Source: Nitrospirota bacterium
Lineage (GTDB): Bacteria > Nitrospirota > UBA9217
Assembly: GCA_963840455.1 (NCBI GenBank)
Contig: CAWIYV010000011.1
Location: 288,001-352,000 of the forward strand
DNA length: 64,000 nucleotides
Direction: 5' to 3'
Position numbers and translations under genes: made by a program. The notes below the pieces were generated by a model. The model worked only from the letters and a program-made list of their open reading frames with translations. It was not told the DNA's origin and did no database searches. Each line of letters opens with the position of its first letter. Within the stretch, counting starts at the first letter, position 1. Below are positions 18,721 through 28,171 of this stretch, one piece after another.

Positions 18721-19932
18721 ATGGCAAACCTGTTCTGGCTCTGCGCGGGCCTGACGGCCGTCGGCCTCGTGATCCATGCGCTCCAGATTATCGCGGTCAG
18801 GCGGTCTCTGGCGCCAAGCACCGATGCCGACCAACCCTGCCCCCCAGCACCCCTTCCTCCCATCTCGGTCCTGAAGCCCCTCAAGGGTCTGGACGACAAC
18901 CTCTTTGATAACCTCGACAGCTTCTGCCGCCAGTCCTATCAGGCCTATGAGATCATCTTTTCGCTGCAAGACCACAACGATCCGGCCTACAAGATCGCCC
19001 GCATGGTGAAAGACCGGCACCCGGACAAGGATATCCGGATAGTTATCGAATCCTGCAGTCGAGGCATGAATCCCAAGGTGAACAACCTGATCCCTGCTTA
19101 CCGGGCCAGCCGGTTCGATACCGTCCTGATCAGTGACAGCAATGTCTTGGTTGGACCGGATTACCTGCGGTCGATCGGCCGCCATCTAAACGACCCTTCC
19201 GTGGGACTGGTAACGAGCCTCATTCGCGGCACTGGCGGACGGACCTTCGGGTCCCTCTTCGAGAACCTGCACCTCAATTCGTTCATTATCGGCAGCGTCT
19301 GTTTCCTCGACCGGTTCCTCCGGATGCCCTGCGTAATCGGCAAGTCTATGCTCATGCGCAAGAAAGACCTGGAGGCTATCGGCGGGTTCGACGCGGTCAA
19401 GGACGTGCTGGCTGAGGACTTCATCATCGGAAGGAACATGCATGCGGCTGGCCGCCGCGTCGTCGTCGACAACTACCTGATCAATAATGAAAACCAGTAC
19501 TGGGGTGTCCGCCGGTTCCTGAACCGTCACACAAGGTGGGCCAAGCTGAGGTGGAAGATTGGCGGTGCGCGATACCTGGTCGAGCTCCTGGCGAACCCCA
19601 TCTTCATCGCCTGCCTCCCGCTGATCTGGAATGGCTTTACCGGCCCTGCTATCACGCTGGCGCTGTGCGCCGCGGTACTCAAGATCGCCGGCGACCATCA
19701 TCTCGGACTAAGGACAGGCGCCGCCCTATCCTGCGCCGCCTACCTGATCGTGCCGGTCAAAGACCTGCTCATCGGTGTCCTCTGGTTCGTACCGCTCCTG
19801 TCCGACACCGTAATCTGGCGCGGGAACCGGTACCGGATCGTGGAGGATACCCGCCTTGTCCCCGTCGAGGAGACCGGCCTCCTGTCGTGGCGCTATCGCC
19901 TTGCAAGTTCGATTCGGGAGCGCTTCGCATGA
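18721..19932 (+). CDS. Ceramide glucosyltransferase/HpnI-like glycosyltransferase (GT2/GT21)
   Basis: ISVLKPLKG, NPKVNNL, ISDSN, LAEDF, RHTRW, WRGNRY; N- and C-terminal TM segments. Confidence 0.88.
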   Translation: MANLFWLCAGLTAVGLVIHALQIIAVRRSLAPSTDADQPCPPAPLPPISVLKPLKGLDDNLFDNLDSFCRQSYQAYEIIFSLQDHNDPAYKIARMVKDRHPDKDIRIVIESCSRGMNPKVNNLIPAYRASRFDTVLISDSNVLVGPDYLRSIGRHLNDPSVGLVTSLIRGTGGRTFGSLFENLHLNSFIIGSVCFLDRFLRMPCVIGKSMLMRKKDLEAIGGFDAVKDVLAEDFIIGRNMHAAGRRVVVDNYLINNENQYWGVRRFLNRHTRWAKLRWKIGGARYLVELLANPIFIACLPLIWNGFTGPAITLALCAAVLKIAGDHHLGLRTGAALSCAAYLIVPVKDLLIGVLWFVPLLSDTVIWRGNRYRIVEDTRLVPVEETGLLSWRYRLASSIRERFA

Positions 19933-19960
19933 CCGGAATGACCCAGCAGGCTGGCCGTTC

Positions 19961-20014
19961 GTCATGCAATGTTCATCCTCCTGTAATGCTTCTGTAACCG
20001 GCCCGTGATAACGT
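19961..20014 (+). promoter_or_regulatory. Pho-box array plus -10 (PHP gene promoter)
   Basis: GTCAT/TTCAT/GTAAT/GTAAC at 19961, 19972, 19983, 19994; TAACGT at 20009. Confidence 0.78.
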
Positions 20015-20022
20015 ATTGCACA

Positions 20023-20715
20023 ATGCTCCTGTGTGATTTTCATATCCATACGAACTACTCCGACGGCTCCCTGGAGCTGGAGAAGACGGTGGACATATTC
20101 GGGCAGGCCGGCTTCGATGTGATTGCGATCACGGACCATGTTGTGAATGGGGACAATACAATCGGGAAGGTGACCCGCGCACTTGACCTCTCCGTCACCG
20201 GCGCAAACTTCGACGGTTATCTTGCGCACATCCGGAGCGAGGCAGCGCGCGCCTGGGACAAGTACGGCATGTTGGTGATTCCGGGCGTGGAGATCAGCAA
20301 AAACTACTTCTCTTCGGAACGTTCGGCCCACATCCTCCTTCTTGACATCAAAGAATTCGTCCCCGCCTGCTTGGACTACGAGGAGCTGTTCCGGGAGGCG
20401 CGGCGGCAGGACACGATCACAGTGGCATGCCATCCGCACACCACGCCGAAGATAGCCGAGAAGGACACTCTGTACCTCTGGAACAACCGCGAGAAGTACG
20501 CCAAGCACATCGATGCCTGGGAAGTGGCGAACCGTGACGACGTTTTCAACGTGGTGAGCCTGAAGCGGTATCCCTACATCGCGAACAGTGATTTCCACAA
20601 GGCACGCCACCTCTACTCGTGGAAGACGCTGCTGAACTGCGACAAGAACGTCGAGGCAGTGAAGCAGTGCATACGCCACAACCGCGGCGTGGCGATAACG
20701 TTGTTCAGGAACTGA
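20023..20715 (+). CDS. PHP-domain phosphoesterase
   Basis: DFHIHTNYSDG, AITDH, PGVE, CHPH, NSDFH. Confidence 0.9.
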   Translation: MLLCDFHIHTNYSDGSLELEKTVDIFGQAGFDVIAITDHVVNGDNTIGKVTRALDLSVTGANFDGYLAHIRSEAARAWDKYGMLVIPGVEISKNYFSSERSAHILLLDIKEFVPACLDYEELFREARRQDTITVACHPHTTPKIAEKDTLYLWNNREKYAKHIDAWEVANRDDVFNVVSLKRYPYIANSDFHKARHLYSWKTLLNCDKNVEAVKQCIRHNRGVAITLFRN

Positions 20716-20731
20716 TCCCGAGGAAGGAACG

Positions 20732-21820
20732 ATGCACGAACTGGTGTTGATCGTAGAGGACGAAAAGGACATCGCGCAGCTTTTGCGTTACAACCTACAG
20801 AAGGCGGGGTACCGCACCGTCGTCGCCTACGACGGCGACCAGGCGCTCAGCGTCGAGCGGTTCGGCAAGCCCGACCTGGTCCTCCTGGACATCATGCTGC
20901 CCGAACGCGACGGATGGGAGGTCTGCCGGCGCATGCGCGCAAGCGAGCAGTCTGAGACGACGCCCATCATCATGATCACGGCCCTGGACGCAGAAGAGTC
21001 CCGCCTCCGCGGCCTCCAAATCGGTGCTGACGACTACATCACCAAGCCGTTCTCGGTTCGCGAGGTGCTGCTCAAGGTCCGGAAACTGCTCGACCGGTCC
21101 AATGAGCTCCGGGCCCACCGCGTGCGCCGCTGCGAGGCCGAGTCCCAGATCTCCTACCTCGTCCATGAGCTAAAGAATAGCCTGTCGATCATCGGTGGAT
21201 ACACCTTGCTTGCAAGCGAGCGGGATGACGGGTGCGGCTACTGGGAACGCATTTCCATGACAACGGAATATATGGACCAGATTCTCAGCGATGCGTCGAT
21301 CCTTGTCCGCCTGGAAAAGGGTGCCTCCCCTCCTCCCTTGGAGCAGTTCGCCCTCCATGAGGTAATCGAGGACACGCTGGGTGCGCTCCGGCTCACCACA
21401 GGCGACAGAGGAGTTACTTTGCATCTTGCCGGCGGGACTGGTTGCCGGGTCTGGGGCGAACAGCGCGCTGTCCGTCAGATCGCGACAAACTTGCTCTCGA
21501 ACGCGGTCAAGTATAACCGCACGGGAGGCGCAGTCTGGGTCCGGATTGACGAACAGGGCAGCGGGGTCGACCTGTCGGTGACAGATGAGGGGCCCGGGAT
21601 AGCGCCGGATCAACGGCAGCGGATTTTCGAGAAGTACTACCGCTGCCCAGGGTCGGAGCATGTCAAGGGATCGGGGATTGGCCTCTACGTCGTCAAAATG
21701 CTTACCGAGAGTATCGGCGGTACCGTTCGCGTCGCCTCGGACAAGGCGGGCGGCACCACGTTCACGGTCTCCTTCTGCAGGGCGGATGATGCCGTTCCGG
21801 CCATCCGGTCCGCCAGGTGA
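20732..21820 (+). CDS. Sensor-less hybrid protein: receiver + HisKA + HATPase
   Basis: IVEDE, LLDIMLP, ITKPF; LVHELKN; NLLSNAVKY, DEGPG, GSGIGL. Confidence 0.9.
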   Translation: MHELVLIVEDEKDIAQLLRYNLQKAGYRTVVAYDGDQALSVERFGKPDLVLLDIMLPERDGWEVCRRMRASEQSETTPIIMITALDAEESRLRGLQIGADDYITKPFSVREVLLKVRKLLDRSNELRAHRVRRCEAESQISYLVHELKNSLSIIGGYTLLASERDDGCGYWERISMTTEYMDQILSDASILVRLEKGASPPPLEQFALHEVIEDTLGALRLTTGDRGVTLHLAGGTGCRVWGEQRAVRQIATNLLSNAVKYNRTGGAVWVRIDEQGSGVDLSVTDEGPGIAPDQRQRIFEKYYRCPGSEHVKGSGIGLYVVKMLTESIGGTVRVASDKAGGTTFTVSFCRADDAVPAIRSAR

Positions 21821-21867
21821 GCTGGCACACGGGCACCCGGCATTTCAACGACCACAAGGAGGTCCCT

Positions 21868-22290
21868 ATGGGAAACCGCAAGAAACGCATTCTGGTCATC
21901 GACGACGATACCGACCACCTGTTCCTTGCCCGGGAATTCCTTGCCCGGGAGGGATACGAGGTGCTGACGCACCAGAGCCCCTTCGGGGTCACCGGGCTGA
22001 TCCAGGCCGCAGAACCTGACCTGGTGCTGCTGGACGTCAATATGCCGTCGCTTCCCGGCGATGACCTCGCAGCGTTCATCAAGGCCGACGAGCGAACGCG
22101 ACACGTTCCTATTGTCCTTTACTCGTCCACTGACGAGGACCACCTCAGGAGCACGGTCGTGCGGCACCGCCTGGACGGGTACATCGCCAAAGGCGACACC
22201 GCCGATCTTCGTATGAAGGTTGGGTACTTTCTGCAAATGCACGTGTGTGACATCGTCTCGCACCGCAGGTCTCTATACGCCGTCGAGTAG
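21868..22290 (+). CDS. Single-domain response regulator
   Basis: VIDDD, LLDVNMP, YIAK; RBS AAGGAGG before MGNRKK. Confidence 0.88.
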   Translation: MGNRKKRILVIDDDTDHLFLAREFLAREGYEVLTHQSPFGVTGLIQAAEPDLVLLDVNMPSLPGDDLAAFIKADERTRHVPIVLYSSTDEDHLRSTVVRHRLDGYIAKGDTADLRMKVGYFLQMHVCDIVSHRRSLYAVE

Positions 22291-22357
22291 ATCCATTTAG
22301 CAGCTGCCGCCGGCGCGTTCCAACATGATCCGTAGCCGCATGAGATGACCCATGATT

Positions 22358-22400
22358 GTCATATTCTTGTAATCGGATTGTAACAACCACAGCGTATAGT
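22358..22400 (+). promoter_or_regulatory. Pho-box array plus -10 (pstS promoter)
   Basis: GTCAT/GTAAT/GTAAC at 22358, 22369, 22380; TATAGT at 22395. Confidence 0.85.
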
Positions 22401-22435
22401 GGTGAAGTTTAAAATATCATAAGGAGGAATTGAAG

Positions 22436-23446
22436 ATGAAGAAAACAGTAGCAATCATTATGGTGCTGATGCTTGCCGCCGGTATCGGTGTGGTGCAAGC
22501 GGCAGAGACCTTGAACGGCGCCGGGGCAACCTTCCCCTACCCGATCTACTCTGCCTGGGCGTTCGATTACAACAAGGTCAGTGGCGTGCAGCTCAACTAC
22601 CAGTCCATCGGCTCGGGCGGCGGGATCAAGCAGATCACCGAGCGCACCGTGGACTTCGGCGCTTCGGACAAGCCGCTCAAGCCAGAGGAGCTCGCCAAGG
22701 ACAAGCTCCTGCAGTTCCCAGCGGTCGTGGGCGGTGTGGTCTTTGTCGTGAACATCGAGGGAATCAAGGAAGGCCAGCTGAAGCTCGACGGCGACACGGC
22801 ATGCAAAATCTTCCTGGGCGATATCAAGAAGTGGAACGACAAGCAGATTGCGGGCATGAACGCCGGACTGAAGCTGCCGGACGCCGAGATCACGGTCGTG
22901 CGCCGCTCCGATGGTTCGGGCACCACAGCCATCTTCACCGATTATCTGAATGGCGTCTGCCCAGCCTGGAAGGACAAGGTCGGCAGCGGAACCTCGGTCA
23001 ACTGGCCGGTCGGTATCGGCGGCAAGGGGAACGAAGGTGTTTCGAACTACGTCATCAAGACGGCGAACTCCATCGGCTACGTGGAATTCGCCTATGCCAA
23101 GCAGAACAAGATGGTCCACACGAAGCTCAAGAACAAGGCCGGGTCCTTCGTGGAACCGAACTTCGAGAGCTTCGAGGACGCTGCCGAGACCGGGACCTTT
23201 GATCCGCAGCAGGGCTTCTACCTTTGGCTGACCAACGCGCCGGGCAAGAACGCCTGGCCGATCGCCGGCGCTACCTTCATCCTGCTCGCCAAAGAAAAGA
23301 CCGACTCGAACAAAAAGGTCGTGAAGTTCTATGACTGGGCGTTCCAGAACGGCGACGCCAAGGCGAAGGAGCTCGTATACGTGCCCCTGCCGAAGACCCT
23401 AAAAGACAAGATCCGGGGCTATTGGAAGGCGAACGGAATCATGTAA
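22436..23446 (+). CDS. pstS: Phosphate ABC transporter substrate-binding protein
   Basis: GAGATFPYP, YQSIGSGGG, DFGASD, RSDGSGTT, GGKGNEGV, IGYVE. Confidence 0.96.
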   Translation: MKKTVAIIMVLMLAAGIGVVQAAETLNGAGATFPYPIYSAWAFDYNKVSGVQLNYQSIGSGGGIKQITERTVDFGASDKPLKPEELAKDKLLQFPAVVGGVVFVVNIEGIKEGQLKLDGDTACKIFLGDIKKWNDKQIAGMNAGLKLPDAEITVVRRSDGSGTTAIFTDYLNGVCPAWKDKVGSGTSVNWPVGIGGKGNEGVSNYVIKTANSIGYVEFAYAKQNKMVHTKLKNKAGSFVEPNFESFEDAAETGTFDPQQGFYLWLTNAPGKNAWPIAGATFILLAKEKTDSNKKVVKFYDWAFQNGDAKAKELVYVPLPKTLKDKIRGYWKANGIM

Positions 23447-23474
23447 CGACTGTACGGGACGAGAGTAAACAGAC

Positions 23475-23509
23475 GAGCTGGGTACATAAAAGTACCTGGC
23501 TCTTTTTTT
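23475..23509 (+). terminator. Intrinsic terminator after pstS
   Basis: GAGCTGGGTAC-loop-GTACCTGGCTC followed by a T-tract. Confidence 0.8.
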
Positions 23510-23950
23510 ACTAAAACGATTTTCCAGACACCGCTGAAGCGTGTGTTAATTGTGCCCGATGTGTTCAGGCCGAGCGTGGAGGACTCAAGGATCGTCCGTG
23601 CCATGCCCCTGAAACCGTGGCCACTCACCACGTTTGTCGTAGTCAATGCGCCGCAGGGCCGACAGCACGGGATTATTTGACATGGGACGCTGAAGTGAAC
23701 GGGCATAGGGAAACACATAGCGGGCGGCGGCATTGAACCCGCATCCGAATTCCATCAGCATTCGATGATACTCTTCTTCTCGTTGAAAATTACATATTTC
23801 ATCACGATACCAAAAGTGCAGTTAACAGGAAGTAGATCACCCGCCGACTATAACATACTATCAGTTAGCCAAACAGCCCTAGGATCTCACCCCAGACTGA
23901 ACGGGCAGTACTTCCCAAAGTTGATGATCAGCGGCGTATGTACGGCACAC

Positions 23951-24220
23951 CTACTTCGCGGATTTCGCCTTTTCCCGCTCGTTCAGATCGTTCAGGTTCT
24001 TTTTGCCTTTTGTCGTTTCCTTCTTGAACCCGTCAAAAGCCCGGTTGACACCATCCCGGAAATTTCCATCTTTGTTCTTATCCTTTGAGTCCTTATTCTC
24101 CTCCGCAGCCTTCTTGTCCTTCTTCGCGGCAGAATCCTCCGCCAGTCCCCGCTGCGGAACGCCAAGCAAAAGCGTTGCAGCAACGAGACAGAACGCCATG
24201 ACCTTGATTCTGTTCACCAT
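23951..24220 (-). CDS. Small secreted Lys-rich hypothetical protein
   Basis: MVNRIKVM... signal peptide; AGGAGG RBS; the longer ORF-track version overlaps the DAHP synthase. Confidence 0.7.
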   Translation of the reverse strand: MVNRIKVMAFCLVAATLLLGVPQRGLAEDSAAKKDKKAAEENKDSKDKNKDGNFRDGVNRAFDGFKKETTKGKKNLNDLNEREKAKSAK

Positions 24221-24372
24221 GGTCTCCTCCTGATTCTTCGCCTGGCCGTAAACGCTCCCGGCCGTTGAACTATTATGCCTGCCTGCCCCTGTCCCGTCAA
24301 GGGCCAGAGACAGCAAAGGCCCCCCGGTATCCCGGGAGGCCTCAGTATTGATGACAACTTGTTCGGCCGGAC

Positions 24373-25401
24373 CTACACCATCCCCGCCAGGTCGCGGATG
24401 AGCTTCTCCGAATCCTTCCACCCCAGGCAGGGGTCGGTGATGGACTTTCCGTAGACGCTCTCCGTCACCTTCTGGCTGCCCTCCTCGATGAAGCTCTCGA
24501 TCATGAAGCCGCGGACCATGTCCTTGAGCAGGGGCGAGTGCCGGCGGCTCTGCATCACTTCCATGGCGATGCGGGGCTGCTCGGCGTACTTCTTGTTGGA
24601 GTTGGCGTGGTTCGTGTCCACGATGATCGTGGCGTTGGCGAGCCCCCGCTTCTTGTAGGTCTCGGCGAAGAAGATGAGGTCCTCGTAGTGGTAGTTCGGC
24701 ACGGTCACGCCGTGGGGGTCTACGGCGCCGCGCAGCACGGCGTGGGCAAGCGGGTTGCCCAGGGTCTTGACCTCCCATCGGTTGTAGCTGAACACGTGCG
24801 GCGCCTGGGCCGCCTGGATGGAGTTGAGCGTGACATCTATGTCGCCCGACGTGGGGTTCTTCATGCCCACCGGGATGTCGAGGCCGCTGCACGTGAGCCG
24901 GTGCCCCTGGTTCTCCACGGAGCGTGCGCCCACGGCGACATAGGAGAGCACGTCCTCGAGGTAGGGATAGTTGCCGGGATAGAGCATCTCATCGGCCGCC
25001 GGGAGCCGCGATTCCTTGAGCGCCCGGAGGTGCATCTTCCGGATGGCGTTGATGCCCTCGACGATGTTCGGCTCCTCGGAGAGAATTGGCTGGTGGGCCA
25101 TGCCCTTGTACCCGATGCCGGTGGTGCGCGGCTTGTTGGTGTAGATCCGGGGGATGATGATGATCCTGTCCTTCACGTCCTCCTGGACCTTCGCCAGACG
25201 GCCGATGTAGTCGCACACGGCGTCCTCGTCGTGCGCCGAGCAGGGGCCGATGATCAGGACGAACTTCTTGCTCTCCCGCGTAAAAACCTCTTTGATCTCC
25301 TGATCGCGTTTCCGCTTGACGACCGACAGGTCCAGGGAAAGCGGCATGGCCGCCAGGATGTCCTTGGGCTGCGGGATCTCCCGCACGTATTCGAAGCTCA
25401 T
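24373..25401 (-). CDS. DAHP synthase class I-alpha (AroF/G/H family)
   Basis: IIGPCS, KPRTT, GARS, VGMKN, VLRG, DTNHANS, YGKSITDPCLGW. Confidence 0.95.
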   Translation of the reverse strand: MSFEYVREIPQPKDILAAMPLSLDLSVVKRKRDQEIKEVFTRESKKFVLIIGPCSAHDEDAVCDYIGRLAKVQEDVKDRIIIIPRIYTNKPRTTGIGYKGMAHQPILSEEPNIVEGINAIRKMHLRALKESRLPAADEMLYPGNYPYLEDVLSYVAVGARSVENQGHRLTCSGLDIPVGMKNPTSGDIDVTLNSIQAAQAPHVFSYNRWEVKTLGNPLAHAVLRGAVDPHGVTVPNYHYEDLIFFAETYKKRGLANATIIVDTNHANSNKKYAEQPRIAMEVMQSRRHSPLLKDMVRGFMIESFIEEGSQKVTESVYGKSITDPCLGWKDSEKLIRDLAGMV

Positions 25402-25425
25402 GGTCTACCTCTCAACATGGATACG

Positions 25426-25502
25426 TTACCACGAGGACACCAGGACACAAGGAAGACCAACCGGTTCGGATCACCTTCGTGCCTTTATGCCTTCGTGGTA
25501 AA
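25426..25502. repeat. TTACCACGA...TCGTGGTAA palindromic element with internal ~9-bp periodicity
   Basis: Inverted arms with GACAC(C/A)AG repeats; related half-element CACCGCAGAG at 48587-48616. Confidence 0.6.
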
Positions 25503-25625
25503 TAGTCTTTATTCCAGGTGAGGAGCAGTATAAAAGCCGGAGGTCCTCCAAGTCAAGCCCAAATCGCCGTGACTGCCGAAAAAACACTGTTTTTTTCGTC
25601 GCCGATATTGTATATAATGCCTGTC

Positions 25626-26471
25626 ATGGGAAAAAGGAAAAAAGGAAGCCGCTTCGACCGGATCGTCCTCTGGGGGATCGTCGTTTCCGTGGTTGCCATC
25701 GCCCTGTTGCTCTGGGGGCCCTTCCAGAAGATGAGAAAGGCCCCCGAACGCAAGCCGCCGGTTGCCGGAAAGAAGCAGGACCGCGAAGGCCGGGAGCACC
25801 TTATCACCGCGGTCATTGCCGTCGTGATCGACGACCTCGGCCAGGACCTGAAGCCCGCGCAGGAGGTCCTCGGCATGCCTGACCGGATCACCCTGGCGGT
25901 CATGCCCCGCCTGCCGCAGTCAAAGAAGATCGCCGAGCTGGCTCGCCAGGGCAGCAGGGAGGTCCTGGTCCACATCCCCATGGAGGCGAAGGTCCGCGCT
26001 GAAAAACGCGACGCGCCGGGAACGCTGCGGCTGGACATGACGCCCATGGAGTTCATTGCCGCCGTGAACGAGGACCTCGACTCCGTGCCCGGCGCTGCCG
26101 GCATCAACAACCACGAGGGCTCGGCCCTGACCGAGAACAAACAGGCCATGACCTTCCTGATGTCGGAACTGAAGGCGCGGAACCTCTTCTTCCTTGACAG
26201 CTTGACGAACGCAAAGAGCACAGCCTTCTCCGTTGCGAAGGAGTTCGGCCTCAAGGCGGCGAAGCGCGACGTGTTCCTCGACAACGAAAGCGACCGTCCC
26301 GCGAAGATCCGCAAGCAGTTCGACGAACTGACCCGCGTGGCGAAACAGAACGGCAGGGCCATCGGCATCGGCCATCCGCACCCGGCGACGATCGCCGAGC
26401 TCCGGAAGTGGCTCGCGAAGATCGATGACGAAGGCATCGAGATCGTGCCGGTCTCGGCACTGGTAAAATAA
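25626..26471 (+). CDS. Divergent polysaccharide deacetylase (YibQ-like)
   Basis: VIDDLG, HIPME, NNHEGS, FFLDS, RDVFLD, AIGIGHP. TATAAT just upstream suggests a leaderless start. Confidence 0.9.
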   Translation: MGKRKKGSRFDRIVLWGIVVSVVAIALLLWGPFQKMRKAPERKPPVAGKKQDREGREHLITAVIAVVIDDLGQDLKPAQEVLGMPDRITLAVMPRLPQSKKIAELARQGSREVLVHIPMEAKVRAEKRDAPGTLRLDMTPMEFIAAVNEDLDSVPGAAGINNHEGSALTENKQAMTFLMSELKARNLFFLDSLTNAKSTAFSVAKEFGLKAAKRDVFLDNESDRPAKIRKQFDELTRVAKQNGRAIGIGHPHPATIAELRKWLAKIDDEGIEIVPVSALVK

Positions 26472-26563
26472 CAGCGGAAGGGGCAAGGGGTCAGGGGAAC
26501 GCATGACGGCCCTGCCCTCGCTCCTTCCCTTCACCGTTCACCCCTCACCCCTAACCGATCATC

Positions 26564-27568
26564 ATGCTCACCCTCGGCATAGAAACGTCCTGCGATGAGA
26601 CCGCGGCAGCGGTGCTCCGGGAAACGACCGTCCTTGCGAATGTCGTATCGTCCCAGATTGCGCTGCACGAGAAGTACGGCGGCGTGGTGCCCGAGCTCGC
26701 GTCGCGGGAGCACCTCCGGAACCTCATGCCCGTCGTTCGCGAGGCGCTTGACCGGGCGGGCGTGACGATCAAGGACATCAACCTCGTCGCCGTGACCTCA
26801 GCCCCCGGCCTCATCGGCGCGCTGCTCGTTGGCGTCTCCGCTGCCAAGGCCATGGCCTACAGTCTCGGCATCCCCTTCATCGGCGTGCACCACGGCGAGG
26901 CTCACATCCTCGCCGCGCACCTGGAATATCCCGGCCTCGGCTATCCCTACATCGCGCTGCTCGCTTCGGGCGGACACACCGCTCTCTACCACGTACGGGA
27001 ATTCGGTTCCTATCGTTTGCTGGGACAGACGCGGGACGACGCGGTGGGAGAGGCCTTCGACAAGGTGGCCAAGCTGCTCGACCTCCCCTACCCCGGCGGA
27101 CCGGTCATCGACCGGCTGGCGCAGGAGGGAGACCAGCAGGCGGTCCGCTTTCCCCGGGGACAGCGGGAGGGACACGACTTCAGCTTCAGCGGCCTCAAGA
27201 CCGCTGTGCGGAACCACGTGTCGCTTTTCCGGTCCAGGGACGCCGGGCTTGACCGGTCGCTCAAGGTGAAGGACATTGCCGCGAGCTTCCAGGCTGCGGC
27301 AGTGGATATGCTGGTGGAGAAAACGATCAAGGCGGCAACAGAGCACGGTGTCACTACGGTCGTGGTGGCGGGAGGCGTGGCAGCAAACAGCTCGCTCAGA
27401 AAAGAAATGCGGCAGGCTTGCGAAAAGGCCGGCATTACGCTCACGCTGCCGGGCATGGATCTCTGCGTCGACAATGCGGCCATGGTGGCGCTGGCGGGCT
27501 ATCTTCATTACCAACGGGGGGACCGGTCGAACCTTGACCTCAATCCAGCAGCGAGCGCTACCCTGTAG
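26564..27568 (+). CDS. tsaD: tRNA t6A threonylcarbamoyltransferase
   Basis: LGIETSCDET, GGVVPELASREH, HHGEAH, SGGHT, DDAVGEAFDK, FSFSGLKT, DNAAMV. Confidence 0.97.
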   Translation: MLTLGIETSCDETAAAVLRETTVLANVVSSQIALHEKYGGVVPELASREHLRNLMPVVREALDRAGVTIKDINLVAVTSAPGLIGALLVGVSAAKAMAYSLGIPFIGVHHGEAHILAAHLEYPGLGYPYIALLASGGHTALYHVREFGSYRLLGQTRDDAVGEAFDKVAKLLDLPYPGGPVIDRLAQEGDQQAVRFPRGQREGHDFSFSGLKTAVRNHVSLFRSRDAGLDRSLKVKDIAASFQAAAVDMLVEKTIKAATEHGVTTVVVAGGVAANSSLRKEMRQACEKAGITLTLPGMDLCVDNAAMVALAGYLHYQRGDRSNLDLNPAASATL

Positions 27569-27614
27569 TTCGTTCCAGGGTGAGCGAGCGATGAGCATAT
27601 CGCTTCCATGAGGG

Positions 27615-27650
27615 TCGCAGCATCAAGCTGTTAGTACTTGGATGCTGCGA
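27615..27650. terminator. Hairpin between convergent genes
   Basis: TCGCAGCATC...GATGCTGCGA. Confidence 0.55.
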
Positions 27651-27667
27651 TCCCCGGGCCAGCATGG

Positions 27668-28048
27668 CTATTTGACCGCGTAAGGAGAAAAGGGTTGCTT
27701 TCTGAGTAGTTTCAGCAGGATGATGGAATAGACGAAGTTCGGCCCCTCTTCCTTCCGCACGAGCTGGTAGAAATCGCAGGTCTCGCAGTTCTTGTATTTA
27801 TTGGCAAAGGTCCCCTGCACCACGCCCTTGCAGAGCGTTCCGCTGATGACCCAGCAGGCCCTTCCCGCGTTCGTGCCCTCGTGCACGTCATCAAGCGCCG
27901 TCTCCATGCTGGCGGGGCACAGCCCCATGTCCTTGACATGCGGGCCTTGCGGCTGCCGTCCGCATTTCTTATATTCCCAGCAGTTCAGCTTCCTTGTGCT
28001 CGGGGTCGTGCCCGGCTTCGCAGGTGCATCCAAGATGTCGCTTTTCAT
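27668..28048 (-). CDS. Small Cys-rich 'two-CW domain' protein
   Basis: NCWEYKKCGR, CPA, GRACWVISGTLC, CETCDFY. Confidence 0.8.
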   Translation of the reverse strand: MKSDILDAPAKPGTTPSTRKLNCWEYKKCGRQPQGPHVKDMGLCPASMETALDDVHEGTNAGRACWVISGTLCKGVVQGTFANKYKNCETCDFYQLVRKEEGPNFVYSIILLKLLRKQPFSPYAVK

Positions 28049-28171
28049 TTTTTCCTCCCCCGTGTGGGATCATCGTATATTCAATTCCCGATCTTCAGGA
28101 ACGAATGCCGGCCCCGAGGTCCTCGTGCCTCCCCGAGACCGGCCGGCCATCCCCATGGCGCCGATGTTCAT

